A stretch of DNA of 62,993 nucleotides, the filler included, from Klebsormidium nitens (taxonomy: Eukaryota; Plantae; Klebsormidiophyceae), in assembly GCA_000708835.1 (NCBI GenBank). It is 6 parts of 6 records of this genome, joined end to end, with 100 filler letters (N's around TTAATTAATTAA, not from the genome) between each part and the next. Parts side by side here need not be neighbours in the genome. Positions count along the whole stretch, not along the records: positions 1 to 30,371 come from DF237784.1; positions 30,472 to 38,071 come from DF238297.1; 4 more parts are not named here. One strand, written 5' to 3'. Below the pieces are notes generated by a model, which saw only the letters and a program-made list of their open reading frames with translations, did no database searches and had not been told where the DNA came from. Position numbers and translations under genes: made by a program. This document shows, piece after piece, positions 19,901 to 33,990 of the stretch. Each line of letters starts with the position of its first letter. Within the stretch, counting starts at the first letter, position 1.

Positions 19901-22777
19901 GGCATCTGCTCCGGGTCCACGCACAGGTTCGGCCGGTGCAGCTTCAACCCCACCGTGACGTCACTGAAGCAGTGCACCTCCGGTTCCCGGTTCTCGTCCA
20001 CTTCCTCCGAGCCCTTGTTCTCCGTCAGCCCGATCGGCAGGACGGGGTACTTCGAGAGCTCGCTCACGATCCGCCCGTACTTCAATTCCCACCACCCTAG
20101 ATAGTCCAGGACCCCGAACACGACCTCGCCCTTATAATGCTGCGTGCTTATAAATAGGGGGACGAGCCCGTCGCAGAACGTGTGGTAGCCGTTGCCGTTG
20201 TACCCCCCCACGGAGAAGACGACCGCCGGCGCCGCGTGGCGGTGCGTGCACTCCAGGGCGGTAACGTTGCTCGCGAAAGTGCTGGTGAGCGTTACGGGCG
20301 CGACCATGGAATTCATCGCGGTCTGGCGCGCGAGCGCGTGGATGTGCTCTTGCACTTTGTCGCGCGCCATCGTTACGGGGCCGGTGTAGTAGTCGCTGCT
20401 CTGCTTCAGGGGGTGGGGCTTGATGACCACGGAACCACGCACAGTGGAGGGCTGTAGGTAACGAATTGTGGAGGTTAGCATCAAATTGCTTTTATGGTCT
20501 GCGGTTGAGATTGTTGCCGCTCTGCTTCAAAGGGTGGGGCTTATTGACCACGGAACCACGCACGGTGGAGGGCTGCAGGGGGGGGAAGAGGAGACGGGAG
20601 CAAGCATTTATCCGCCTTGAAAAACTTTCTTGCGTCTTCAAAGGTTGGCGCTTTGCTTTTCGAGGTAAAGCTTGATGACCAGGAAACAAAGCACGGTTCA
20701 GTGCTAAAAGTCGGAGGAATCGAGGGTCAGCTCGAATCTATGGCCCTCGATCGGTGGCAAGGAACACACCATGCTTCTGACGTTGACCAAGTTGCAGCTC
20801 TACGTCAGTGGATTCGTCCTGATTGAGACATAGCAAGGCATGATGGTTGGCTGCAAAGGGCGTTAGAAGATCTGCGAGGGCGGGGATCCTCGTGCGTACA
20901 AAGAGTCTCGTTACGATCAGTCACAAGTCCCGTGGAATAGTGTCAGGTCCCTGCGCCGCGCTGTTTCGACGAGAAAATAACAGTAAAGTGGGCAAGCCTT
21001 CTTTTCCAATTTCAACGGGGAAACGGCAAGCCGTCATTTTCTATACGTTCGACTTCTTGAAATTTGATGCTCGACGAGCCATACGAGCACGAAGCGAAGG
21101 ACGAGCGATGACAAAGGCGTTTTGAGGGGTCAGAGTCGATTACGGGGCAAAAGCATACCTGCGTTGCCACCAACACGATCTTCCGGTTGACCACATCAAT
21201 GCGCACGTCCCCAATCATGCGGCAGACGTCCGACCTTTCGTCGGACATGTCGCACAGGAACGCCTCCGGTGGCGTCCTATTGATGCTGCGGTCCGTTATT
21301 TGCCAGCTCGAGATGACGGTGCGCATGGTGCCTGGACCCGTGCCCATTACTCCCCCTGGAAAAGCAAAGTAAGCTTTCGTTACTGCTCGTTGAGTGCGTT
21401 TCTGATTGAGTCTGCACTCTGCTTGCTCGACATCACTGCTTCCGCGCGGTTTGGATCCGTATGCATCACTTCGCCTGCAAGGCAGAAGCAGTTGGGGTGA
21501 ACACCTTTCAAGCGATGGAAAGAGGAAACAGTAAGTTTGTCACGGAACTTCAGGGACCCAGAGGGGAAGTTGAAAGTGATCAGCATATAGCGGAACCGCA
21601 GGGACCCAGAAGGGAAGTTGAAAGTTATCAGCGTATAGCGGAGGGTATCATAAAGTCATAGGTTCGCCTCAGAACTGGAACAGCTTGTGGTCATTCAGGA
21701 CGCCGCCACTGGGCCATACTCGAGTACAGCAGCAATGAAGCGTACGCCATTGAACAACAGTTCAAGAAATACATCGTAATCACCTCCGCCCACGACACTC
21801 TAATCCCTGATGTAAGAATCTCTGACGAATCTCATTTGGCGTTTGTCTCGGTATCAGAAATGAAAGGCTCCTGACCCGCAGAACGTTGACAGCAGCAGCC
21901 AAAAGAAAGAAAACATTTGAGGCTAGAATTGCGACACTGAGCACAGCGATGCACCTTGTGGCCACTTTTAAGGTCCCGGATCACATATGGCTGGGGAAAT
22001 GGGCCTCTACGTCATACTGACTGATCATTAGCGAACCTTCTTTTTCCACAGAACGTGGACAACCCGACCACAGAGTACAAAGGGGTCTTGAGAAGGCCCC
22101 AGTAATGCAGGTTCTTCAGACTTCGAACTCGACATTGACTTGTCCCTTCTTCCATACGACATGGCAAAGCCGCAGCTTGAAAGCCTATTACCACCTTCAC
22201 TGAAAAGCGAGACCTCTCCTGCATCTAACCGACTTTCAGACAGCGCTCCCTCAGCATCGGGCAACGAGCCCTTTCTTTCAGCTTTCGAAGCTTCTAATTC
22301 TGGCCTTGTAATGCCACCCGCCAAAATAGCGCACGCTATTTCTTATTGTATTCCCCGTAACGGAAAGAAACAAGGAAGAAACTCTCTGACCGCCTGCCAG
22401 AGCTCAATACAAGACGGCAAGGTCGCAGCTTAGAGACCATCACCAGCTCAACCGGAAAGCAGAACTCTTTCTGAATCTGGCTTCCTTAGATTCCTTTGCC
22501 CTTCCAAAGCTGCAACTCCAGTCACTCATCAAAACAGCTCACAGGTCTTTGTCTTTCAGCCCCCTAAAGGAAGGAAAGAAGGGGCCTTTCATTGCAAGAA
22601 AAATCAGACCTCTTGATATCAAAATAGACACCGCTCACCCCATCCTGTGGCCGCCTGCCAGAGCTCCCATATGAGCACCCCAAAGATGACCCCCACCAGA
22701 AACGCCGTCCGCACCGGGAGGCTCAGAAATTTCCGGTCATGCCCAGCGGTGGGGGTTCGCACCGGGGACGGGGTCAT
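16970..22777 (-). CDS. Glycosyltransferase family 61 (xylan arabinosyl/xylosyltransferase-like), multi-exon
   Basis: N-terminal transmembrane segment (AFLVGVIFGVLIW) and motifs CDMSDERSDVCRMIGDVR, PAVVFSVGGYNGNGYH, EVHCF, GVHGAGLS and LVPIGAEW...YNVSKEESSL. Exons 20451-19829, 18263-18005 and 17248-16970 have GT/AG junctions; the 5' exons are approximate. Confidence 0.9.
18264..19250 (-). repeat. Seven intronic copies of the 3' splice site plus first ~45 nt of the next GT61 exon
   Basis: Copies near 18352, 18497, 18645, 18759, 18885, 19021 and 19194 match the true junction GTGCAG|AGTTCCGGGCCCCGGGGGCAGCCTAGTTCTGGGCATCCTGCACCGC at 18263. Confidence 0.85.
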
Positions 22778-24909
22778 AATGATGGTGTCAAAGTCCACGC
22801 GCCTGCCAGAGGGACACAACACTTTGACCCCGTGCTTTGGTCTGCCATGTTGAGGAATAGGGCGAGGGGAGTTGTGTTGGAATTGGAAAAAGCTAAAGCA
22901 GGGACTTGCAATGTCGGCATCCTTGCGCAGGGAGCTGAAAAATGGGCCATGACTAACCCAAAATGGTTTAGCGGTTCGCTGCCCTGTTGCTGAAGGAGGA
23001 CGGCTGCTGCTGAACGTTGTTTAACGAGACCAGTTAAGGGCAGAGGTCTTCGTATAACCAGGACACTGTGATATGCTCCGAAGGCTCTGATGAAGGGGCG
23101 CTGTGCTTGATGAACCTCAACATGGAAGTTGAAGGGTGCTAAAAGTTCAAGTGCTGCAAAAGGCTCGTGCTTCGTTTGAATGCGTGACCCCAGTGTCTGT
23201 CAATATCAGCAGATGGCTTAGCCTTTACATCAGTTCTTGATGTACTTATTTTTCGTCTCTGTTTTGGGCAGCTCTCATTTTGCCAAATTGCAATGGTCTC
23301 AGCAGCTATGACAGCTGGTATGTGGACACTTTGTTAGTTGCCAAATCTAACTCAGACTATCGTGGCTGACGCTTGAACCATGAGGAGGCAATCAACAAAA
23401 CCTCTATCCCCTTCTTGCTAGGCTACATAATGAGGGTCGCTTGCAGTCCACTCTGGCTTCTTCCTCTTCATCTCAACCTTTTGACTGGACGGCATGTGCA
23501 ACATAGACTGTAAGGCACAAGCACCGCAAATGTTTTGAAAATTAAGAATACTAAAGGGCACCACTTTTACAGTTGAAAGCAGGACACAAGAGCAGAAGCA
23601 ACTTCTTAGTTGCCCTCACCATCCAGCAGTTCACAACAACACCCAACATCCCTCCACCACACCGCTCCTTTCGCAGCAGAAGAAGTCCTGCAGAAGTTTG
23701 GCTCGATTTTTTTGAAGATCAGCAAGAGGGCTCACCTAACACTGCTATCGCCACCACATTTCCTTGGCGTTGGCATGAGCAGGTACTACAAAGACATGTC
23801 AGTGACTTACAAGCTGAAGATGTAAGTGGAGGGCGAAATGACGAGGGGCAGTGTAACACGAGAAGGGTGCAATGCACTCTACACAACTTCGGCGCTACCC
23901 TTGATGCACCAACGCGCAAAAGGTGGTCGGCGCAGATTTACAGATGCTGCTTGGGCATGATGCCGTCCCCAGATCCAGTGGATGGCAAAGCCGTAAAGGT
24001 TCCTCAGAGAGATGGCTACCAAAAATGTTGTAATCACAACGTGTGCGTCCCAAGTTCAACCTTGTTGATGACGCCAAAATGGAGCGAAGGGGCATGCTCC
24101 CATAAAAACAGGAGCTCTGATCGCTGCCTCTGCAGACCATGCATGCAACTTGCAAGGCTACGGTAGGCAGGTTCAAACTTTCAGTGTTTTCGTCAAACCT
24201 GGCCTCCTTAACCAGGTTCTTTCTGTGTCGAGTACATGATCTGAGCCGTCGGATAGCTATGTTTAAAGAAGCGAACGGTCATACGACGGATTGTTGAAAT
24301 GATTATTTGGTCAAGCGGCCACCTAGTTTTCAATTTCTACATACCGTAAACGCAAAACCTACAGGCTACAATCTTGGCCCTTGGGTGATCACTGTTCCGA
24401 TCGACCCTCCAGATCACCCGGGGAGTCCCTGGTAGAAGGCAAGGGGCGGGGACAGGCACAACAATTTGGGCTGCGACTAGGTGACCAGATGCGGCAAAGA
24501 CCGGGGCACAAGTCCGGGAGAAGGTAGGAGAAGGGGTCCATTCACCGACCACTTCAAGCCGACCCACTAAATCAGCTACCCCCTTGCTCCTAATTTCGCG
24601 GAAGCATGCTTCCCCTGCCTTGCCCATTGGCATTGGCATTGGGAAGGTAGCCGTGGGTTTCCTTCTTTTCCCAGCTCTGGTCATCTTCGCCCGTTCAAGG
24701 AACCCTGGCTTCCTAGATGCAGCAGCACTGTGAGGACGTAGGGTCGCCTAGGTCTGGGTATCAACTTTGAATGTTGATCAAGTAATCAGTGAAACCGGAA
24801 TGGTTGGCGGAAGTCCGCTGGCGAAGCTAGCGTATGTTGAACAAAATTAGGTTGAAGCAGCACAAGGAGAGGCGTAGAAACACAGCGAGTAGGAGATAGC
24901 TTAGTGAAA

Positions 24910-27615
24910 ATGGCGGGGAAGGAAGAGGACCTGTATCTGGTGCTTGGCTTGGAAAAGGGATTGGAGAGCACAGAGGCAGAAGTGAAGAAAGCTTACAGAA
25001 AAAAGGCGTTGGAGTCTCACCCAGACAAGAGGCCGGACGACAAGAATGCTGCGGCAGAGTTTGATCGCATCCAGAAAGCTTATGAAGTCCTGGGAGACGA
25101 AAAGGCTAGGAAAGCTTATGATGACCTCAGAAAAGTGCAAAGGGCCAGGGCCGATAGGGATGCTGCGAAGGGGGTGAAGCGGCAGAAGATGATGGACGAT
25201 CTGAAAAAGCGGGAGGATGCATATGTGCATGAGAGGAGTGCTGAGGAGATGGCCAGGATGAAGCTCAAGGCAGAGGTGAGGGGATTGTGCGCTCTGACCG
25301 GGTTACATGCTGTTGTTGAGTTTCTCGAAGAATCATTGCACTTGCAAAGCATTGGAGGTGGGGCAAATCTGGCTTCACTTGTATCTTGATCACATCTCCT
25401 TGCTTGGTGTTGGAGCGAAACCGGAAGGGTGTTCGCAACTTTAGATTACTTGAGGCGAATCTAGGTAGTGGTGGTTCTCAGAGGGCACGTCTTCATAGGT
25501 TGCGGAAGGGCTTCGAAAACTGAGCGGTTCCAGTAAAGTTTTTGGTTCCAAGTAGTGGTGCTTATCTACAAATCGGGTCTTCTGAGAGAACTTGGTGGTG
25601 GCCAAATTGGCAGGTGCGGGCAGTATGCTTTCCTGTCAATCTGCTTCTATCGAAGTTCATGCAGTGTACTCTTGGGGAAGTCTGTCCTTTCCTTTTTCTT
25701 TCCCTTGATCTTTAAACATGTAAGTCAACCACCGAATGAGTTTCATCTTGGGCCTCCGTATTTGATGCTTCCAAGGGCAATTTGCCATCTGGCACCTCAT
25801 GCTAAGCCTGCGAATCTGCTCTGCCCCCCTGCAGATCGCCCGGGTACGCCAGGAAAACATTGCCCGCCAGAAGCGCCAGCAAGAAGAGCTAGCCGCAGCT
25901 CAGGAGGCAGCCCGTCGCGCATCTGGGGGGGTCACATCCACCCCCGGATCCACCCCTGGGGCCGAAAGCACCATTCTGCAAGGTGCCACTCTCGCACGGA
26001 CCCTCAAAGTCACATGGGACCGTTCGCGCGAGGGGGCCCTTGAAGACTACGGGGCGGAGAAACTCAGAAAGGTGTTCTTAAAGTTTGGCGCAGTTGAGGA
26101 CATCATCGTAAAGGAGGAGGTGAAAAAGAAGAAGAAGGGTAGCGCGCTGGTGGTTATGGGGGCTGAGGCGGGGGCGGCCGCGGCGATTGGGGCGGTGTGC
26201 GGGGATCTGAGCAACCCGCTTTTAGTTAAGCCAGCGGTACCGGGGTTGATTCCCGGCCAGGGGGGTTCAGTGGATGAAGCAAATAAACCCCCTGGGAACA
26301 GCACGAATCATGCTGATGGAAGCGCGGCAACTGGGAATGGATTCAAGAGAGCGGATGTAAGTGGAGCACAGACGACCGGTGTGAGTGGGGGCCAGACGAG
26401 TGGGGGGAATGGGGCCCAGACGAACGGAGCTGAAACAAATGATAGAAGCGGGGCGCAAGAGGCGGTCGACGACGGGGCTGAAAGTGAGGGCGCAACCCGG
26501 CAAGGAGCCGAAGGTGGCATAGGAAACAGCGGAGTTGGGCAGAAACCAGGCATGAGTGGCAGCCAGGTATGTTACGATATACGATAATCTCATACCTCAC
26601 TCTTCGAAATGCTTCCAATCCGTTTCTTCTCGAGCCATGAATGCGCTTCTCTGGCACGCCAGCGTTTTATACTCTTGATAAGGATAAGGCCAGGTTTTGG
26701 CTCGTCAGTTTTGGCTCGATGCTAGGAAGAGCCGTACGGACATAGAGAGCGCTCCCGAGTACTGTGCAGGCCAAGGTTGGCTTTTTTTCTTGATATCTGA
26801 AGGTGATTGTCTGGGCCTTGGTAAGTTTGTGCTTTGCAAACGGCGCCAAGCACTGAAGCGGACCCGGATTACAAGAGGATCTCGATTCTGGTTTGCTTGC
26901 CTCCCCTCATCCAAAGTTTCTGACTCGGCTTCTCTGATGCAGCGGCCCAACATCTTTGCGAACGGCCCTCCTCGGCCACTGTTTCCTGGCGCCGGCAGCT
27001 CGCTGAACCCGGGCGCATTCAGCGGCGCCGCAGCGGCGGCCAGTTCGGGGTCCCACAAGGACTACGAAAACGTGACTCTCATGCGGATGCGACAGGTAAG
27101 TTGCACAATTCGAATCGGTTCAGTCAGATCAAGGATTCTTTGGTTTAAGCTCAAACGTTTGAGATCGTTCGAGGGATAGTCAGACAGGCCAACGTGAGAA
27201 AGACAGGGTCTGTCATGCAGCAGTGCCCTCTGTTTGGACCGGTCCATCTGGCTAGCTTCGATATCCAAACGATCGAAGCCCATGGATGTGGTACGTGTTG
27301 AAGAAAACTACTGCTTTGCTGGAAATTCCTAGTGAAAAAACTTCACAGTGTGCAAAAAGGAACTGGCGGTCTAGCTGCAAAACGTAGCATTCAACGTGGC
27401 GACGAGTTCTGCCAGCAACACTGCACCGTTTGACCTTTTACAGAGAATAGTGTTTGCAGCAGTTACTTGTTTGAGGGTTCCATGAGTCGTTCTGAACACC
27501 CAGAATGGTGTATCTCATGCGGTTTCTCTTGGTGCAGGCTGCTGAGCGGGCCAGGCTCATCCGAGAAATGGAGGAACAGGATGCACGAGAGGCAGAAGCT
27601 GAGAAGGGCTCGTAG
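24910..27615 (+). CDS. DNAJC17: DnaJ + RRM splicing-associated co-chaperone (DNAJC17/Cwf23-like); exons 24910-25275, 25835-26566, 26943-27095, 27538-27615
   Basis: Canonical J-domain (DLYLVLGL...[14 protein letters not shown]...AYEVL), coiled coil, RRM-like RTLKVTW...[10 protein letters not shown], and C-terminal [12 protein letters not shown]|[15 protein letters not shown]. All junctions are phase-consistent GT-AG. Confidence 0.92.
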
Positions 27616-28723
27616 ACTGGAGCTCACCCACATCCCCATTCGGTGTAGGAAGCCTGAGAGCCCGCGGTTCGTAGGGATTGTATACATGTATGAAGCATTC
27701 GAGCAATTATCTCATCAAAGCAAGTTGTATCAGTTCCATGTCGGGTCACCATGCACATTATATCTTTGATTGAGCGAGAATCACTTTCAAGTTTCCTGTT
27801 TTGAGAGCATGAAGGCCGGCCCGTGCTGTTCATGCATCGATTATCGATCGAGTAGATGCACCAATCATCCTATAGGAAGCCTGAGCTCAACGGTCGTGTT
27901 GCGCGCAATAAAGCTACATCACATGCTGGCGCCAGCATGCATGATGCACATGCTGGCGTCCGGGACGGTTGTGCACGATGTCCGGGACGGTTGTGATGCG
28001 CATGCCCATGCACGTGTCATGATATGATATTCTCCATAAAGAACGTACAAACATACATTGATGGGTCTCGATCTTCATTTTTGCCGTAAATTAGCAGATC
28101 ATCCCGTCGCGATCATGATGGCATGGCCTGGCCAGGTAGTAATTATACCGCCCCGCAAACATATGCATGCTATAGGTAATCCATAAGTCACTCGTACTTC
28201 CGACGAGGCAGCTGGCTCACACTTTTCTTTGTATATCATGATCTGGCCAATGAGTTTACCAACGCACACACTGGCCAATTAACAAAAATGTACCTGATAT
28301 GCAGATTTGACTATGCAAACATGGCTAGCATCTGACCTTGCAGGCATGTACACTCGTCGCGAGGTCAATTCACCTCTTCAATTGTCGAATGAGTGAATCC
28401 GCGGTTCACACGAAAATGCCTTACGCGGGGTAGACTTTGAAGAAAATCAGGAAGTTTCACTGTGGTGGTGCAAACCCAATCAGAGTGGCCACTGTTCCTT
28501 CATAACTTCAGAACCTTATACGGACTCTCACGAACAGGGCCCGGCCAACTCAAATGAATCCGCGGTATTCACCAAGGCGCAAAACACAGCGCCCATGGGT
28601 TTGAAAGGAAGCCACTGCTCAAAGAGCTTGGTGTCACGGTTCTTGTTTTGATGGTAAGAGAACTTTATTGAGATCGGATCCCTGCCCTTGGGGCTGCTTT
28701 GCATGCATGTCAAACTTGTGTGG

Positions 28724-29899
28724 CTATACCTTGTAACCAGTCAATGACCCGCCTCTTCCAATGATCTCGCCGACCACAAACCAAGCGTACAATTCCAAAG
28801 TGAAGAGCGCCGCGGTGCCGATCTCGTGCACGGAGAGATCTTGTCGATGCGCCCATTTACTTTTGACAGTGTCCACGTCCTTCCAGAAGAGCTTCTGCCG
28901 GTGGGGGATACTGCACCAAACAGAAATCAGAAGATAAGGCCACAGCCAAAAACGAAACAATGCAGAAAATACTCAGTAAAAACCTGAGACCTTCTGCTGC
29001 TTAACCGAATGTGGCGCCAAATAATTGTCGACCACTGAGTCATCAGTATTGACGACGACTTCTTCAGACAAAAAGCCCTTGCTCTACGGGTAGATTAACG
29101 ACGGAATCGCCCCAAAATATGGAACTTTGTGAGCAATCAGGAAATAAGGAGCACGGAGCCCTCGGACAGTCCTGTCAGAAAGTTAGAAGTAAGCCTTGAT
29201 CAGCAGGTGAGCTTCATAGCCGGAAACACGACCAAACAATATTCTGACCGACAGACCTCTAGCAAACACTGGGGCGCGCAATATTTTGACAAATGATTCT
29301 GCAAAGCTGTGTCTATCATAATCTTTTTTGAATTTTGAATGCACTTGACATTGTGCAATGGCATGAAAAGTGTTCATACACGGAGTGGCAATCTGTTGCA
29401 GTTGAATTAGTGCACAGGCTGTGCCATGAATCTGCCCACAACATGCATGATCTGATCAACATTGATCATCAAGGGGCCTTCCTTTACACTGCAGCCTGAT
29501 ACAACGGAAATACACCTTCACACCATCTAGACACTAATGCTGACAGGCCAGGGAGAGACCATTACCAAAAAAAGGCTCTTAAAAGCCATGAATTGATCAG
29601 GTACCCCGCACAAACACCTCAACCCATCCTTCAGCGCAATTTTACTTGGAAACGGGCTGCACGCTAGTCAGATCTCGAAGGATTTTGGCAGCTTACGTTG
29701 CTAGTTGGGTGTAGAAAGCCTTCTTTGTCAGCTCTGCTGCCTTTTCTGGCGTTGCAGGGTCCGCAACAAACTGCTTGTTTGATTCCATCATGCTCTTGTA
29801 TGCAGAAGAACCATGCGTTGATGCGAGGTTCCCAGCCTTGCTGGCTGCATCCGTCAAGGGCTTCAATCGCTTCAAGGCGGCCTGAGCGAACGATGCCAT
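28724..29899 (-). CDS. ATP5MG: Mitochondrial ATP synthase subunit g; exons 29899-29697 and 28910-28724
   Basis: KAFYTQLAT|IPHRQKLFW...ELYAWFVVGEIIGRGGSLTGYKV is typical of plant subunit g; the phase-2 junctions match. Confidence 0.92.
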
Positions 29900-32439
29900 G
29901 CTGTTTCCGGCTTCCGACTTCCAAAGAAACCGGACTCACGGCAAGGATACTGTTCTAAGCCCCACAGAATCTACAGGTGCGTGCCTGACTTGCGGCGCCG
30001 TATCAGAGACGGAGTTTCAACCTGATCAACCGATTCCTCAGATGCAGATATAGCTACTGCCCTTCCTTTCCCTCCCTTCTGATTCTTTGAAGAGCCCTGT
30101 GCGAGGCGATGATCGTGAAGCCTGATGCACCTTGATGAGCTTTCTCTTGCTACAGCTTGGAACAGATGGATGCATGCGCCAAGCTTGATCATTGATGGTT
30201 GATTAGCCCTGCTGCTGGTAGCGGGATCTGTGACTAGTGGTTGATCAAGTACTGACCATGCTGACCGAGCTTGTGGTTAGGCCTTAACTCAAGCAGAGAA
30301 TGGCCTCGATCAAAGCCTTTGATCGAGCTGCTTCGACCCTAGCTCGATCGAGTCTTTTCCTGAGCTACCCGNNNNNNNNNNNNNNNNNNNNNNNNNNNNN
30401 NNNNNNNNNNNNNNNTTAATTAATTAANNNNNNNNNNNNNNNNNNNNNNNNNNNNNNNNNNNNNNNNNNNNGTCACAAGCACACAAGTATTCAAGGCATC
30501 CTTTGCCTGGCCTGGTCAACCGTAGTTGATTAGTTAATCGTATCTCTGAGCCTGCACACACGATTTGAGACGTACTGGAGTACCAATCTCGTTACAATGG
30601 CCGATGGAAGCTGTGACCTGGTTACTCTGGTTTGCAAAGTTTGGGAACCCGTCCTTAGATTCAGGTACTTCCAAGAAGACCCACAAGCTAAGAAAGAATT
30701 GAACTTCCAGTACAGATGGATTTTCGACAAGAGCATGTTTCGACATACTCAAGTGACTTGTTTCTGGAGGTAACATACTCGCGTGACTCGTTTAATCTGA
30801 AGTTCTCGGAAGGAGATCAACTCTCAATCGAAATTGCGGCCTCATTGTGGATTCCAACAACCTCTGGGCTTGGAGGCACTCACAGTCGATTCCATCCCTG
30901 CCGCGTGAAAAGCACGCGAACGCTTTCAGAAGGCACAAGCAATGGTCCAGGATGACGTCAGAGGTACATAATCTGGAGATAAACTGGCAGGCGGCATCAA
31001 GTAACTGGAGCTTTTGCGTGTCCTATTGGGCGTAGACAAGACAGCCGAGGTGCTCTTCTTCCTCGCCCAGTTGGGAGCATGGCAAAGAGTAGCAGCGTAG
31101 CACCGGCGGCACTTAAAGACCAGGGCAAGAGCACACGAGTATAAGCGATCGTCCGACAAGAATTGAGAAGCCCAAGAAGCGAAGACGTCCGGCCTCCTCT
31201 CTGAACAAAGCTGCCCGACGTCACTGCGCTGCAGTGACCTGAAAATGCTGTGCAGTTGTAAAAATCGTCCGTATCTGCGACTAATATGAGGAGTACTCCT
31301 GAGCGTCCGCACAACATGAGGGGGCGCCTGATATGGAACTGGCCTCGGCAAATGATCACTATTCTGAGACCAATCTGCGTGTTAAGCCATTTCTAGAGCT
31401 ATCGGATTGGCGGGAAAAAGAGCTTTAATATGGGTTCATATCGACTTCTACACCCACAGTGAGATTGGTGAGACCAGTCTCAAGAGAGCTCCGGAAACGA
31501 CCTCAGTCACCGGTGACAAGAAGCGCGTCTTGAGCACTCAGTAAAGTCAAAAGTGCTTGGTCAGCGGAACCGACTTCAAGCGGGTTTATCCGTGCCACGT
31601 AGTGTGTGCAGTCACGCAAGTTCTGGAAAACGTCACATTCAGAAAAGACGATTCGATTCTTGTCCAGACGACGATTTCAATTGTAAACAGTGCTCGTAGT
31701 AGTAATCGTCGAAGGACACGTACGAGGAACAGGAACAGTTCCAGTCTACCAATTGGTTTTGACATGAAAGGTCGCAAGAAAAGGCCGCGGCGTCAACAGC
31801 CAGACCTAGAGACACGAGCGAGTTTCCGGTGCATGGCCCGCAACCAGGAGAGCTGTGTTCAGTATCTTTTTTCTGATTCCGATTGATTGAGAAAATCTGC
31901 AAATGGGATCCCGCATTACCATAACGAAGTTTCATTACAAGAGCCACATAAGTGGACCCTAGCGTCAAAGCGCGGCCTGCCAGAAGGCTCTCCGGCGAAG
32001 CAGGTTGAGATTCAGGATCAAACCCATGAGAGGTTTCGTCTTGTTGCTGCAGATAAAGCTTGTTCGAGGCTCTCATGCACGAGGCGTCAGCCTGAACCCT
32101 TCGTACTCTTGTGAGTGCTCTTTGAACTCAGGCTTGGTTCATCCTTGCCACGTCCAAGGACTACTCACTTGAAAAGATAAGGCCATTTCGAAGGTGGAAT
32201 CCTAACACTGGATGAATAGGCTCGTGACGAGTACGATATGAGAAGGTCTAGGAGTCGGCCCGTCGGTCCTTAACGTGGACAGCGTCAGCCTAAAGTAATG
32301 AAGTTTCTTTTTTAGACGTGGCCGAAAGTACAACAGCCCAGTGACGCGAGAAACCATATTACAGTGGTAGTGAATGTCATACTGAGTGTATCATGGAGTT
32401 TTCAAGATCAACGTCCGTACTCTGCCCAAAAAAACTCTA

Positions 32440-33990
32440 GTGCCGGGGTTGAATTAGGAGGAGTTCGCGTTCGAGACGACTTTCCCCCTCTATACAACTT
32501 AATAGAAAAAGCTTGTACACTCTCTCAGAGCGGGACTCCGAAGAGGAGCACACGAAGTACTAATGGGGACGGAAATATTACAAGATTTGGCTTCATTCTC
32601 AATCTCATCATTTCAGCCTTCCTTGGGATGAAAGCCTTCATTTTCTTCATTATTTTCACGATTCCGTTCATTGCCTTCATTATTCCGGCAAAGCGTCTTC
32701 ATTATCCTCCGTATATTCATCATTCCGTTCATGATCTTCACCAGCCATACACGTCTACCCCCCGGTTCATTCCTCTCATCTTCCTCCTTTTTTTCACTGA
32801 AGAAGTTGAGGAAGATGATGAAAATATTGAAGGGCAGCGCCCCGCTCATGCGGCGCCACGCGTCCGGTCGAGCCCCCGGTTCATTGTGCTGTTACCAAAG
32901 TACGTACCCCGGTACTCAGCTGTAGCGCCAAAATTCGCGTACCGATAGAGTCCGGTACTGTACCGTCGGTAGTTGCGGAACCGGGGGACAGATTTTATAC
33001 TCTCTCTTAGCCTGCCAGTATCTTGTACACAAAATTTGACACTCAGAAAACTAGTAAAACTTGATTTCGGTCGGCGCGACAAGCTGGAGCTAAGTGAACA
33101 GAGCGACTTCAGTACGTTTGCAGTACCTCAAACCTTTAAACTCTTGACAGACTGGCGTACTTTCGGTTGCGTCTGCCCGGGGTAAGCGGAAACGGGGGGG
33201 GCGGGGGGGGGTGCCTCCCAGCATTTCCCAATGGCCTCATCCTCATTTTCATCAATATATTCACTGAATAAAATGTGGCGGATGAAGGCCCGGAACCCGG
33301 GGGTAGAGGTGTCGCAAGACCTGACACTTGTATATTAGGGTAAACAAAATGATAATTTTCTTCATCCTCATTTTCATCATTATTTTCAGCAGCACCCTCG
33401 GCCCGGCTACACGTCTACCCCCGCGTTCACTGCTCTCATCCGCAACATTTGCTTCATTGAATATATTGATGAACATGAGGATGAAGAAATTCACCAATTC
33501 CGATAATTATTAAACAAGTGCCAGGCTTTGCGACACCTCTACCCCCCGGTTCACCGCGTTCATCCGCCACATTATCTTCACTGAGATCTCGGATGCTGCC
33601 CGGGCCCAGGTTCATTTTCATATTCATCATTTTGNNNNNNNNNNNNNNNNNNNNNNNNNNNNNNNNNNNNNNNNNNNNNNNNNNNNNNNNNNNNNNNNNN
33701 NNNNNNNNNNNNNNNNNNNNNNNNNNNNNNNNNNNNNNNNNNNNNNNNNNNNNNNNNNNNNNNNNNNNNNNNNNNNNNNNNNNNNNNNNNNNNNNNNNNN
33801 NNNNNNNNNNNNNNNNNNNNNNNNNNNNNNNNNNNNNNNNNNNNNNNNNNNNNNNNNNNNNNNNNNNNNNNNNNNNNNGGGGGGTAGACGCGTAGCCGGA
33901 GATATAATGAAGAGGCGGAAAATAATGAAGGAATCTGTATATATTCATAATCATCAATGAGGAGAAAATTAGCGTGAAGTATGAAAGTTG
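32440..33990. repeat. Foldback-like low-complexity element with inverted CTACCCCC(G)GGTTCA motifs
   Basis: The motif occurs near 32752, 33411 and 33533 (+) and inverted near 33295 and 33880. 33293-33331 is the reverse complement of 33515-33551. The motifs are embedded in ATC/TTC-rich sequence with an N gap. Confidence 0.55.

Noticed and set aside
21549-21645. 48-bp tandem duplication in a GT61 intron, plus small microsatellites near 16460 and 35230
   Set aside because: Ordinary local slippage with no sign of function.
30416-30427. TTAATTAATTAA palindrome flanked by Ns (also 38116, 42921, 47372, 54136)
   Set aside because: An identical 12-mer centred in equal-length N runs is an artificial scaffold linker with stops in all frames, not biology.
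30997-31359. LLILVADTDDF as a reverse-transcriptase YxDD motif
   Set aside because: No other RT motifs and no long frame; insufficient evidence.
32940-32975. GATAGAGTCCGGTACTG resembling the transposon inverted repeat
   Set aside because: The match is too short and has no partner; it may be chance.
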